Under the pieces are notes generated by a model. That model was not told where the DNA came from and ran no database searches. It worked only from the letters and a program-made list of their open reading frames with translations. The position numbers and the translations under genes are program-made. From the NCBI GenBank assembly GCA_964473565.1, contig CAYYPI010000003.1, forward strand, positions 1,811 to 65,810: a DNA stretch of 64,000 bases, read 5' to 3'. This stretch comes from an uncultured Gammaproteobacteria bacterium. Lineage in GTDB: Bacteria > Patescibacteriota > Patescibacteriia > Patescibacteriales > UBA12465. Shown here piece after piece: positions 27,145-36,020 of this stretch; the stretch's first letter is position 1, and the number at the start of each line of letters is the position of its first letter.

Positions 27145-28518
27145 ATGAGAGTCGTTATTATTGGCGGAGGAACTGCCGGCAGTGAGCTTGCCTGGCGCTT
27201 ACGCAGAGAAGATAAAGACATAGAAATAATTATTTTAGAAAAGGGAAAGTATAGACAATACTCCCCTTGTGCTTTACCTTATTTTTTAAGTGGAAAAATT
27301 AAGCAAGCAGATGATATTGTTTTGTTCTCTAGTGATTATTATAATTATAACAATATTGATTTGAGATTAAAGACGGAATTAAAAAAAGTGAATACAAAAA
27401 CAAAAGAGCTTCAATATTTAGATAAAGAAAATAATAAAGAAGAAAAACTAAGCTATGATTATCTAGTCTTAGCTACTGGTTTAAAACTTAAAACACCCTC
27501 TATTTTAGGTTTAAAAGATCAAGATTTCTATACTTTAAAAAGTCTTGATGATGCTAAAAAAATAAAAAAACTTGTTAAAAAGGGTGATAAAGCTTTAATT
27601 ATTGGGGCTGGCTATGTTGGTGTAGAATTAGCGGATGCACTTAGTGCTATGGGACTAAATATACACTTAGTGGAAAGTCAGCAAAACGTTTTACCAAGTA
27701 CTTTAGATAAAAAGATGGCGTCTGTAGTTGAGGAAGAATTGGAATCATCTAAAATAAAACTTCTTCTTAATTCTAAAATAGAGAAAGTAACTAATAAGCA
27801 GGTATTTCTTAAAGATGCATCCCTAGAAAGCAAAAAAATAAATTACGACCACCTTTTTCTTGCTTGCGGTTTAAGCGCTGATTTATCTTTAGCAAAGAAA
27901 ATAGGTTTGAAGGTTGATAAAGGTGTTATTGTTAATGACGCCTTAGAAACTTCAAAGAAAAATATTTACGCTATTGGAGACTTAGTTGAATCTGTTAATT
28001 TAGTTGACAATAAAAAGACTTTAAGTCAGCTGGCTACCACGGCTGTAGCGCAAGCAAGGGTTTTAAGTCAAAATATTTTAGCAAATAAAGATAAAAAGAA
28101 AAGCTCAAAATCTAAAAGAAATAAAGTTTTGAGTTCTAGTGTCTCTAAATTTAAGGATTTAATTTTTGCTAGTTGTGGAGTAACAAAAACTTATTGCCAA
28201 AAGAATAATATTGAAACTGTAGAGGCTTTTTACAAAGGAAAAGATAAGGCGCATTATTATCCAGATGCTAATGACATCTTTGTTTATTTGATTTCTAATC
28301 TTAAAGGAAGAGTTATAGGTTGCCAAATTGCTGGTTATAATGAAGTTGTGGGACGTTTAAATATGATTTCTCTAGCCATAGAACAAGGTTTAAAATTAAA
28401 AGACTTAATTGATGTAGAAACCTGTTACAACCCAGCTCTATCTCCTATTTTTGACCCCATAACTGTAGCTGCAGAGGTTTGTTTAAAAAAATTAAAAGCA
28501 AAAAATGCTAAAACCTAA
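27145..28518 (+). CDS. FAD-dependent pyridine nucleotide-disulfide oxidoreductase, single-Cys CoA-disulfide reductase / NADH oxidase type
   Basis: FAD site VVIIGGGTAGSE. Redox Cys context YSPCALPYF. NAD(P)H site LIIGAGYVGVELA. Also IYAIGD. Confidence 0.8.
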   Translation: MRVVIIGGGTAGSELAWRLRREDKDIEIIILEKGKYRQYSPCALPYFLSGKIKQADDIVLFSSDYYNYNNIDLRLKTELKKVNTKTKELQYLDKENNKEEKLSYDYLVLATGLKLKTPSILGLKDQDFYTLKSLDDAKKIKKLVKKGDKALIIGAGYVGVELADALSAMGLNIHLVESQQNVLPSTLDKKMASVVEEELESSKIKLLLNSKIEKVTNKQVFLKDASLESKKINYDHLFLACGLSADLSLAKKIGLKVDKGVIVNDALETSKKNIYAIGDLVESVNLVDNKKTLSQLATTAVAQARVLSQNILANKDKKKSSKSKRNKVLSSSVSKFKDLIFASCGVTKTYCQKNNIETVEAFYKGKDKAHYYPDANDIFVYLISNLKGRVIGCQIAGYNEVVGRLNMISLAIEQGLKLKDLIDVETCYNPALSPIFDPITVAAEVCLKKLKAKNAKT

Positions 28519-29359
28519 GTATTTGAAAATAAAAGATTTTAATCGTAAAAAATATTTAGAAACTCTAAATCTTAGTAAAAAATATAAGTTAAATACTGTT
28601 TGTTTGTCTGCTAATTGTCCTAATCGCTATCACTGTTTTTCAAGTAGTACAGCAACCTTTATGATTTTAGGTGAGGCTTGTACTAGAAATTGTCATTATT
28701 GCAATATAGGAAATACTAAGCCAAATAAAGTTGATGAGCAGGAGCCTAAAAACCTAGCCTTGGCCATTAAAAAGCTTAATCTAGATTATGCTGTTATTAC
28801 CAGCGTTAGCAGAGATGATCTTAAAGATGGTGGCAGTAGTCATTTTATTAATTGTATTAATGAGATTAGAAAAATTAATGATTCTAAGATTGAGGTTTTA
28901 ATTCCTGATTTTAAGGGTAATAAAGTTGCCTTAGAAAAACTCATTGAAGCTAAACCGGAAATTATCAATCACAACATTGAAACAGTCAAAGAATTATTTC
29001 CTAAATTAAGACCACAAGGTAATTTTGATAGATCATTAATTCTTTTAAAAACTATTAAAAATATTAATTCAGATATTATTACAAAATCTGGACTAATGGT
29101 GGGTTTGGGAGAAACTAAAGCGCAAATACTTAAAACCCTAAAAGACTTAAGAGATGTAAATGTTGATATATTGAGCATTGGGCAATATTTAGCACCAAGT
29201 AATAAACATGCAAAACTAGAAAAGTATTATACTGAAGCAGAGTTTTTAGAACTTAAAAAAATAGCTAAAGAATTTGGTTTTAAAGAGGTTATTTCTGGCC
29301 CTATGGTTAGAAGTTCGTATAAAGCGAAAGAAGTTTATGAAAAAGTGGCGAATACTTAA
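28505..29359 (+). CDS. lipA: lipoyl synthase
   Basis: Auxiliary cluster motif C-x4-C-x5-C (CLSANCPNRYHC), radical-SAM CTRNCHYC, and C-terminal RSSY. Confidence 0.95.
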   Translation: MLKPKYLKIKDFNRKKYLETLNLSKKYKLNTVCLSANCPNRYHCFSSSTATFMILGEACTRNCHYCNIGNTKPNKVDEQEPKNLALAIKKLNLDYAVITSVSRDDLKDGGSSHFINCINEIRKINDSKIEVLIPDFKGNKVALEKLIEAKPEIINHNIETVKELFPKLRPQGNFDRSLILLKTIKNINSDIITKSGLMVGLGETKAQILKTLKDLRDVNVDILSIGQYLAPSNKHAKLEKYYTEAEFLELKKIAKEFGFKEVISGPMVRSSYKAKEVYEKVANT

Positions 29360-30125
29360 AACAGTAAAAGAAAGCGCAGCTAAACAAATGGCTATTGATG
29401 AGGCTATTCTTATTGCTAGGATAAACAACCTGGTTCCTAATACTTTAAGGTTTTTTACTTGGAATCCTGGTGCCATTACTGTTGGTTTTTTTCAGGATTT
29501 AGAACAAGAAATAGATTTAAAAAGAGCTCAAGATTTAAAAGTTGATGTTGTTAGGCGCTATAGTGGTGGGGGAGCGGTATTTCATCATGATGAATTAACA
29601 TATTCACTTGTAGTTGCAGAAAAAGACCTTTCTTTAAATGTTTTGGATTCCTATAAATATTTATGCCAAGGTGTGATTAATGGATTAAAGATTTTGGGTA
29701 TTGAAGCTAAGTTTCAACCCATTAATGATATATTGGTAAATGGCAAAAAAATATCTGGTAATGCACAAACCAGAAAAGAAGGAGTGATACTACAACATGG
29801 GACCATACTTTTATCTGTTGATGTTGAAAAGATGTTTTCTATTCTTAAGGTAAGTAATGAAAAAATGAAAGGTAAGCTTATTGCTAATGTTAAAGAGGCT
29901 GTTACCTCAATTAAAAGTGAATTACAGTCTCCAAGTCTAGATTTAAGATATTTAGAAAAAGTTTTTAAACAAGGATTCGCACAGTCTCTAAATGTTGACT
30001 TTGATGAGGCTGTTTTAAGTAAAGAAGAAAAAGAAATTGCTCAAGAGCTTGAAAGAGACAAATATTTAAGTAAAGAATGGAATTATAATCAAAAGTATAA
30101 GAATAGATTTTATGAAAAAAATTGA
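29337..30125 (+). CDS. lplA: lipoate-protein ligase catalytic domain (LplA/LipM family)
   Basis: RRYSGGGAVFHH and the catalytic-Lys context GKKISGNAQ. I start it at ATG 29337 (MKKWRIL), overlapping lipA by 23 nt. The track start at 29274 is rejected. Confidence 0.85.
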   Translation: MKKWRILKTVKESAAKQMAIDEAILIARINNLVPNTLRFFTWNPGAITVGFFQDLEQEIDLKRAQDLKVDVVRRYSGGGAVFHHDELTYSLVVAEKDLSLNVLDSYKYLCQGVINGLKILGIEAKFQPINDILVNGKKISGNAQTRKEGVILQHGTILLSVDVEKMFSILKVSNEKMKGKLIANVKEAVTSIKSELQSPSLDLRYLEKVFKQGFAQSLNVDFDEAVLSKEEKEIAQELERDKYLSKEWNYNQKYKNRFYEKN

Positions 30126-30378
30126 TTACAAAGTAGAGGGAGGAAAGTTTTTAAGAATGCAAATTGATATTAAAGATGGTGTAATTAAGGATATAAAAAT
30201 AAGAGGAGATTTTTTTGTTTATCCTGAAACTGCAATTTTCCAAATAGAAGATTTTTTAAAAGGAAAAAAACTTGAAAGCTTTGCTAGTTTGCTTAGCTCA
30301 TATATAAAAGAGAAAAATATTAAAATAATTGGTTTTTCAGTAGCTGATTTAGAAAAATCTTTGCAAGTAGAAAATTAA
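30112..30378 (+). CDS. stand-alone lipoate-protein ligase C-terminal domain (LplB-like accessory subunit)
   Basis: 88 aa. KVEGGKFLRMQIDIKDGVIKDIKIRGDFFVYPE resembles the LplA C-terminal domain. Overlaps lplA by 14 nt. Confidence 0.7.
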   Translation: MKKIDYKVEGGKFLRMQIDIKDGVIKDIKIRGDFFVYPETAIFQIEDFLKGKKLESFASLLSSYIKEKNIKIIGFSVADLEKSLQVEN

Positions 30379-30392
30379 AAATAGACTCATGT

Positions 30393-31430
30393 ATGAAATA
30401 TAAATTTTACAATACCTCTGAGAAAGCCTGGCAAGCTATGTATGAATCTGTACAAGAAGCAAAGAATCTTATTTTGCTAGAAATGTATATTTTTTTACCT
30501 GATGCTTCCCCTAAATATAATTTTATTGAAACATTAATTGAAAAAGCCAAGTCTGGTGTTAAGGTGGCTATTATTGCAGATAAGGTTGGAAGTCAGAAGA
30601 TGCCTATAGCTGTAGTTAAAAAACTTAGAAACGCTGGTGCTGAGTTTTTGTATGCTTCTAATCTTTTACGTAGAACGCATAGAAAGATATTGGTTATAGA
30701 CAATCACACTGCTTTTTTAGGTGGTGTAAATATTAAAAAATCTACTAGCAAATGGAATGATTTACAAATTAAAATAACAGGTAAAAAGTTAATAAAATCT
30801 ATTAGTAGAACATTTGCTTATAGTTATAAAATGTACGGTGGTAGAGAAAAAGAAATATTGGATTTATATAATAAATCTAAATTAACAAAAGTTAAAAATA
30901 TTATTTTAGAACATAATCCTCATGAAAATATTTCTACCATCAGTGCCTATTACAGGGAAAAAATAATTAAGGCTAAAGAAAATATAACTATAGTCACTCC
31001 TTATTTATTACCACCATTGTGGTTAGCTGTGCTTTTAGATAAGGCAGTAAAAAGAGGTGTGAAGGTGGAGATACTTGTCCCAAAAAAAACAGATTTGTGG
31101 TTAGTAAACTTTATTAATAAATCTTATGTTAAGAAAATGTCCTCTTTAGGAATTGATGTTTATTATCATGGATCCATGAATCACGCTAAATTAATGTTAA
31201 TTGACGATAGGGAGTTATTTATGGGTTCTCACAATATGGATATTGCATCTTTTAAATTGAACTTAGAGATAGGTATTTTTATTAAAGACAAACAAGCAAT
31301 ATCTGAGGTTAAAGAAATTGTAGCTAAATGGAGAAAAGACTCTAGTAAAATTAAAGCAGAAAATTATAAGCTCAATTGGTTTGATTTTTTACTTATGAGA
31401 TTTATTGCTATGTTTTATTCTATATTATAA
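30393..31430 (+). CDS. phospholipase D / cardiolipin synthase-like protein with two HKD motifs
   Basis: HRKILVIDNHTAFLGGVN and HAKLMLIDDRELFMGSHN. Has a hydrophobic C-terminal tail. Confidence 0.8.
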   Translation: MKYKFYNTSEKAWQAMYESVQEAKNLILLEMYIFLPDASPKYNFIETLIEKAKSGVKVAIIADKVGSQKMPIAVVKKLRNAGAEFLYASNLLRRTHRKILVIDNHTAFLGGVNIKKSTSKWNDLQIKITGKKLIKSISRTFAYSYKMYGGREKEILDLYNKSKLTKVKNIILEHNPHENISTISAYYREKIIKAKENITIVTPYLLPPLWLAVLLDKAVKRGVKVEILVPKKTDLWLVNFINKSYVKKMSSLGIDVYYHGSMNHAKLMLIDDRELFMGSHNMDIASFKLNLEIGIFIKDKQAISEVKEIVAKWRKDSSKIKAENYKLNWFDFLLMRFIAMFYSIL

Positions 31431-31572
31431 ACAGCAATCTAAAACTTTATATAATTAAAACTTATATTTTTGCTTTTTTCTGTTTATAATAGACCTTGAA
31501 AAATCTTTTAATATAGTGTAGAGTATATATTAAATTATCATTTCTCATAAATCACTTTTTAATATAAGAAAC

Positions 31573-34035
31573 ATGGAAAGAAAGTTCATTGAAGTTAAAG
31601 GCGCTAAAGTAAACAATTTAAAAAACTTAAGCATAAAGTTACCTCGCAATAAGTTTATTGTTATTACAGGTTTATCTGGTTCAGGTAAGTCTTCTTTGGC
31701 TTTTGATACTATTTATGCTGAGGGTCAAAGAAGGTATGTCGAATCTTTGTCAGCTTATGCACGTCAATTTATTGATTTAATGGACAAGCCTGATGTTGAA
31801 TCTATCGAGGGTTTGTCACCAGCTATATCCATTGATCAAAAATCTGTTTCACATAATCCTCGCTCTACAGTAGGAACAATTACTGAGATATATGATTATC
31901 TCAGACTTTTATTCGCTAAAATCGGTATTCCTCACTGTCCTTTATGCAATAAAAGATTAGTAAAACATATATCCAAAGATAGTAAGCACAATCCTTCTAT
32001 CTTCTTGGTCTGCAGAGACTGTAATTTTCATATGACTAAGCTTAAGCCTGGATATTTTTCTTTTAATTCATCTCAGGGCTCCTGTTCAAGTTGTAAAGGT
32101 CTTGGTACACGCTTAGAATTAGATCCTGAACTAATTGTTAATGAAAAACTAAGTATTAATCAAGGCGCTATTAGGCCACTTTCTAGATGTAGAGTTTCAG
32201 GCATGAAGGATATGTTAATAGAAATGAAAAAAGCTGCTGAAAAATTTAGTGTTGATTTAAATATGAGTGTAAAGAATCTTAAAAACGATTCTTTAAATAT
32301 TATATTGTATGGAAAAGATTCTTGGGAAGGAGTACTACCTTTTTTGCAAAAAAAATATGAAGAGACAGAGTCTAGATATTTACAAGAAGAATTGGGACAA
32401 TATATGCGAGTTCTACTTTGCTCCACTTGTGATGGTAGGAGATTGAAGCCGGAGTTTTTAGCAGTGAAGATGGCTGGTTATAGTATAGATAAAATAGTGA
32501 ATAAAAACATTACAGATTTGCAGAACTTTTTTAAAGATTTAAGTAAAAGCAATAAAGTTAATGAAAAAGATAAACAAATTTATACCCCAATAGTTAGAGG
32601 GATAATGAATAAGTTGCTACTTTTACAAAATGTTGGTTTAGAATATTTGTCCCTTGATAGAAGTGCCACTACCTTGTCAGGAGGAGAAGCGCAAAGAATT
32701 CGCTTGGCCACACAAGCTGGGTCCTCACTAATAGGGGTGCTTTATATTTTAGACGAACCTTCTATTGGTTTGCACCAAAGAGACAATGGCAAGCTAATTA
32801 AAACTTTGAAAATATTAAAAGAAAAAGGTAATACCGTTATAGTTGTAGAACATGACGAGGCTACTATTTTAGCTGCTGACCATGTTGTAGATGTTGGTCC
32901 TGGGGCGGGTGAGCATGGTGGTGAAATAATATTTGAAGGTAGTCCAGCTCAAATGAAGAAAAGCAGTAAATCTATTACTGGTAAATATTTAGTTGGTAAG
33001 AAAAAAATACCTACACCTTTAAATTATCATAAAGGTAATAAAAAGTTTCTAGAAATATTAGGAGCTAATGAGCATAATTTACAAAATATTGATGTTAAAA
33101 TTCCACTAGGAAAATTTGTTGCTATTACTGGCGTTTCAGGATCTGGTAAATCTACCTTGATGAGTGACATTTTAGCTAAAGCTCTTAGTAAGAAGTTTTA
33201 TCGTGCTAAAACTTTTCCAGGAGAACACAAAGAAATCAAAGGTTTGGAAAATATTGATAAAGTAATTAATATTGATCAATCCCCAATAGGAAGAACTCCT
33301 CGTTCAAATCCTGCTACCTATACCGGAGTCTTTACTCCTATCAGAGAATTATTTGCTGAGCAGGCAGAAGCTAAATTAAAAGGTTTTGATGCTGGGTCTT
33401 TCTCATTTAATGTTCCAGGTGGGCGCTGTGAAAATTGTAGTGGGGACGGATCTATAAAGATTGAAATGCAATTTTTATCAGATGTTTATGTTAAATGCGA
33501 AGTTTGCCAAGGTAAGCGTTATAAAAAGAAAGTTTTAGATATATATTATAGGGATAAAAATATTCATGACATCCTAGAAATGACTGCTGAAGAGGCAATG
33601 AATTTTTTTAGGAACAATTCTACTATTTACCAAAAGGTAAAAGTATTATGTGAAGTAGGTTTAGGTTACATTAAGTTAGGCCAACCAGCTACTACTCTTT
33701 CAGGTGGTGAAGCTCAGAGAATTAAGTTAGCTACAGAGCTATCTAGAAGAGCTACTGGTAAGACTATTTATATTTTAGATGAACCTACCACTGGTTTGCA
33801 CTTTGATGATATTGACAGATTACTTAAGGTTTTAAATAAGTTAGTTGATAAAGGTAATACTATTTTAGTGATAGAACATAATTTAGATATTATTAAATCA
33901 GTAGATTGGATTATTGATTTAGGCCCTGAAGGTGGAGACATGGGTGGAAAAATTGTAGCTGAAGGTACGCCTAAGCAAGTATCTAAAATAAAGAGAAGCT
34001 ATACAGGTCAGTACTTAAAAGATGTTTTAAAATAG
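31573..34035 (+). CDS. uvrA: excinuclease ABC subunit A homolog lacking the UvrB-binding domain (class II-like UvrA)
   Basis: Two ABC modules ([26 protein letters not shown] twice) and zinc modules. It is 820 aa, and only 21 residues separate CPLC (aa 122-125) from CRDC (aa 147-150). Confidence 0.9.
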   Translation: MERKFIEVKGAKVNNLKNLSIKLPRNKFIVITGLSGSGKSSLAFDTIYAEGQRRYVESLSAYARQFIDLMDKPDVESIEGLSPAISIDQKSVSHNPRSTVGTITEIYDYLRLLFAKIGIPHCPLCNKRLVKHISKDSKHNPSIFLVCRDCNFHMTKLKPGYFSFNSSQGSCSSCKGLGTRLELDPELIVNEKLSINQGAIRPLSRCRVSGMKDMLIEMKKAAEKFSVDLNMSVKNLKNDSLNIILYGKDSWEGVLPFLQKKYEETESRYLQEELGQYMRVLLCSTCDGRRLKPEFLAVKMAGYSIDKIVNKNITDLQNFFKDLSKSNKVNEKDKQIYTPIVRGIMNKLLLLQNVGLEYLSLDRSATTLSGGEAQRIRLATQAGSSLIGVLYILDEPSIGLHQRDNGKLIKTLKILKEKGNTVIVVEHDEATILAADHVVDVGPGAGEHGGEIIFEGSPAQMKKSSKSITGKYLVGKKKIPTPLNYHKGNKKFLEILGANEHNLQNIDVKIPLGKFVAITGVSGSGKSTLMSDILAKALSKKFYRAKTFPGEHKEIKGLENIDKVINIDQSPIGRTPRSNPATYTGVFTPIRELFAEQAEAKLKGFDAGSFSFNVPGGRCENCSGDGSIKIEMQFLSDVYVKCEVCQGKRYKKKVLDIYYRDKNIHDILEMTAEEAMNFFRNNSTIYQKVKVLCEVGLGYIKLGQPATTLSGGEAQRIKLATELSRRATGKTIYILDEPTTGLHFDDIDRLLKVLNKLVDKGNTILVIEHNLDIIKSVDWIIDLGPEGGDMGGKIVAEGTPKQVSKIKRSYTGQYLKDVLK

Positions 34036-34057
34036 CTTTTTTAAATTATTTATATAT

Positions 34058-34091
34058 AAAAAATGGGATATAATATTTATCCCATTTTTTT
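34058..34091. terminator. bidirectional intrinsic terminator
   Basis: A-run, then ATGGGATA-TAATATT-TATCCCAT hairpin, then T-run. It lies between convergent uvrA and the IMPase gene. Confidence 0.75.
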
Positions 34092-34117
34092 ATACTCAAG
34101 AATTTTCTTAATTAGTT

Positions 34118-34891
34118 TTAACTCAAAGCATCAAGAATTTGACCATGCACCTTTTTGTTACTAGCTATAATGTCATAACTATCTAGGTTCCAGGTTTTAT
34201 TATTAAAATCAGTAACTTTTCCACCCGCTTCTTTTACCAACAAGACACCAGCAGCTACATCCCATGAATTAGCCCCAGGAATAGTAATTGACTCCACTCT
34301 ACCACTAGCAACATAGGCTAACTCCATAGAAGCGCTGCCCATTTGCCTAGCATCAAATTGTGCTAACTTTTGTTTGTTATAATAACGGATTGCTTTTTTA
34401 ATGTGCTTTTTTTGACTTCCATGACAAAAAGTATTAACTACTTTTTCTCCACTAAAATTAGAAACTTTTATTTTTTTATTATTCAAAAAAGCACCTTTAG
34501 ATTTTTCTGCATAGAAAAACTCATCTAAACTAGGAGAATAAACTATACCTAAAACTAGTTTATTTTTATAGCTTAGACCAATAGAAGTAGCCCACAATGG
34601 GTTATGTATGGAAAAATTAGTTGTTCCATCAAGTGGATCAATAAACCATTTATAGTCAGATTTATTTTTTATTTCTCCTGACTCTTCTGCTAGTATTTGA
34701 TGTTCAGGAAAGTTTTTACGTATTATTTTAATTATTTCTTTTTCTGCAGCTAAATCAGCAGCTGTTAGTATTTCATGTTTAGATTTAAAGTTTACTTTAG
34801 CGCGATCAAAACTTTTATATCTATTTAAAAGTATTCGACCACCCCTTTTTGCTGCCTCTACAGCAGTATCTTTTATTTTTTTAGTAATCAT
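34118..34891 (-). CDS. inositol monophosphatase family protein (SuhB-like)
   Basis: WFIDPLDGTTNF and WDVAAG motifs. 257 aa. Confidence 0.9.
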   Translation of the reverse strand: MITKKIKDTAVEAAKRGGRILLNRYKSFDRAKVNFKSKHEILTAADLAAEKEIIKIIRKNFPEHQILAEESGEIKNKSDYKWFIDPLDGTTNFSIHNPLWATSIGLSYKNKLVLGIVYSPSLDEFFYAEKSKGAFLNNKKIKVSNFSGEKVVNTFCHGSQKKHIKKAIRYYNKQKLAQFDARQMGSASMELAYVASGRVESITIPGANSWDVAAGVLLVKEAGGKVTDFNNKTWNLDSYDIIASNKKVHGQILDALS

Positions 34892-34898
34892 ATTTAAT

Positions 34899-35396
34899 TT
34901 ATTTAATAATTTCTAATATCTTTAATTCTATTTTTTTAGTTTCAGTGTCATATAAGGCAAAAGTTGCTTTTTGAAAAAGACCTGCTAAAGTTCCCGGATT
35001 AACTACCCTTGTTTGCCCTCGTTTTTCAATCCAAGGTTTGTGAGTGTGCCCGTAGAAGATAATATCTAAATCAGGTCTTTTTTCAATGAGTTCATGAATA
35101 AAGTGAGGCTCATGACATAGGCCAAACTTAGTGTCTGCTAATGATATAATACCGGTTTCTCCTAAATGATGAGTGTTATTATAATCATGGAAAACTTGCG
35201 GATCATAGAGTTCTGCGTTTCCAGAGATAATATAAATATTTTTATTAAAATCTTTAGCTAGTTTTCTAGCGCTTTCTTCATTTGTTAAATCGCCTGTGCA
35301 AAAAATAACATTAACATCATTGTTGTTAGCCCAGTTTATAAATTTATTTAAATTTACTAGATTGTCATGAATATCAGAGATAATAGCTATCTTCAT
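34899..35396 (-). CDS. YfcE/MJ0936-family metallophosphoesterase
   Basis: MKIAIISDIHDN, CTGDL, GNAE and GHTH motifs. 165 aa. Confidence 0.85.
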   Translation of the reverse strand: MKIAIISDIHDNLVNLNKFINWANNNDVNVIFCTGDLTNEESARKLAKDFNKNIYIISGNAELYDPQVFHDYNNTHHLGETGIISLADTKFGLCHEPHFIHELIEKRPDLDIIFYGHTHKPWIEKRGQTRVVNPGTLAGLFQKATFALYDTETKKIELKILEIIK

Positions 35397-35416
35397 AATT
35401 TATTTTAGCTAAAACA

Positions 35417-35986
35417 TTATTGTCTAATACTAATATCGTAATTAACTTGTTCAATTTTTTTTAAGTGTCCTCTAGCTTGATCGTATTTTGTTCTTAAGTA
35501 ACCCGTAAAATCAAATTCAGTTAATGAGGCTAAGAGTTCAGAAGCATCTTCACTAGCCCTTGTTACCTCTTTAGTGTTATGCTTAGCTGCCTGGTTAGTG
35601 CAAAACCTTGCCATCTCTCCTATTAAATCAGATATAGCACCTAAATATGATTCATGACTTAATTTTAGATTTTTCAATTTTTCAATTTTATGTTTAGTTA
35701 GCCATTGCCAAAAAAGATGTGCTTCTAAAAATTCTTCAATAGCTGCTTTATATGAACCTTCTTGCTCTAAGCGAGCAGCACCTAAATTTTTTTGTAATTT
35801 TTTGATATCCTCCTCTAATTTTTTTAAATCATTTTCAGCCTTATTGTAATCTTGTCTATGTAAAGAAAAAATAATTCTTTTTGAGTCATGTAAAATAGGA
35901 TTACTAGATTTAATTATTTTACTCCTTTCTTTATTTTTTTCGACATGATCTTTTTTAAGTTTTTGAACAAATGATTTTTTTATCAT
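35417..35986 (-). CDS. translin/TRAX-family protein
   Basis: The C-terminus LRTKYDQARGHLKKIEQVNYDISIR aligns by eye with human translin LRKRYDGLKYDVKKVEEVVYDLSIR. The central YLGAISDLIGEMAR resembles the TRAX DLTGEL motif. Confidence 0.75.
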   Translation of the reverse strand: MIKKSFVQKLKKDHVEKNKERSKIIKSSNPILHDSKRIIFSLHRQDYNKAENDLKKLEEDIKKLQKNLGAARLEQEGSYKAAIEEFLEAHLFWQWLTKHKIEKLKNLKLSHESYLGAISDLIGEMARFCTNQAAKHNTKEVTRASEDASELLASLTEFDFTGYLRTKYDQARGHLKKIEQVNYDISIRQ

Positions 35987-36020
35987 ATATAAGTAATTAT
36001 TTATTTTTTAATTGAAGTTA

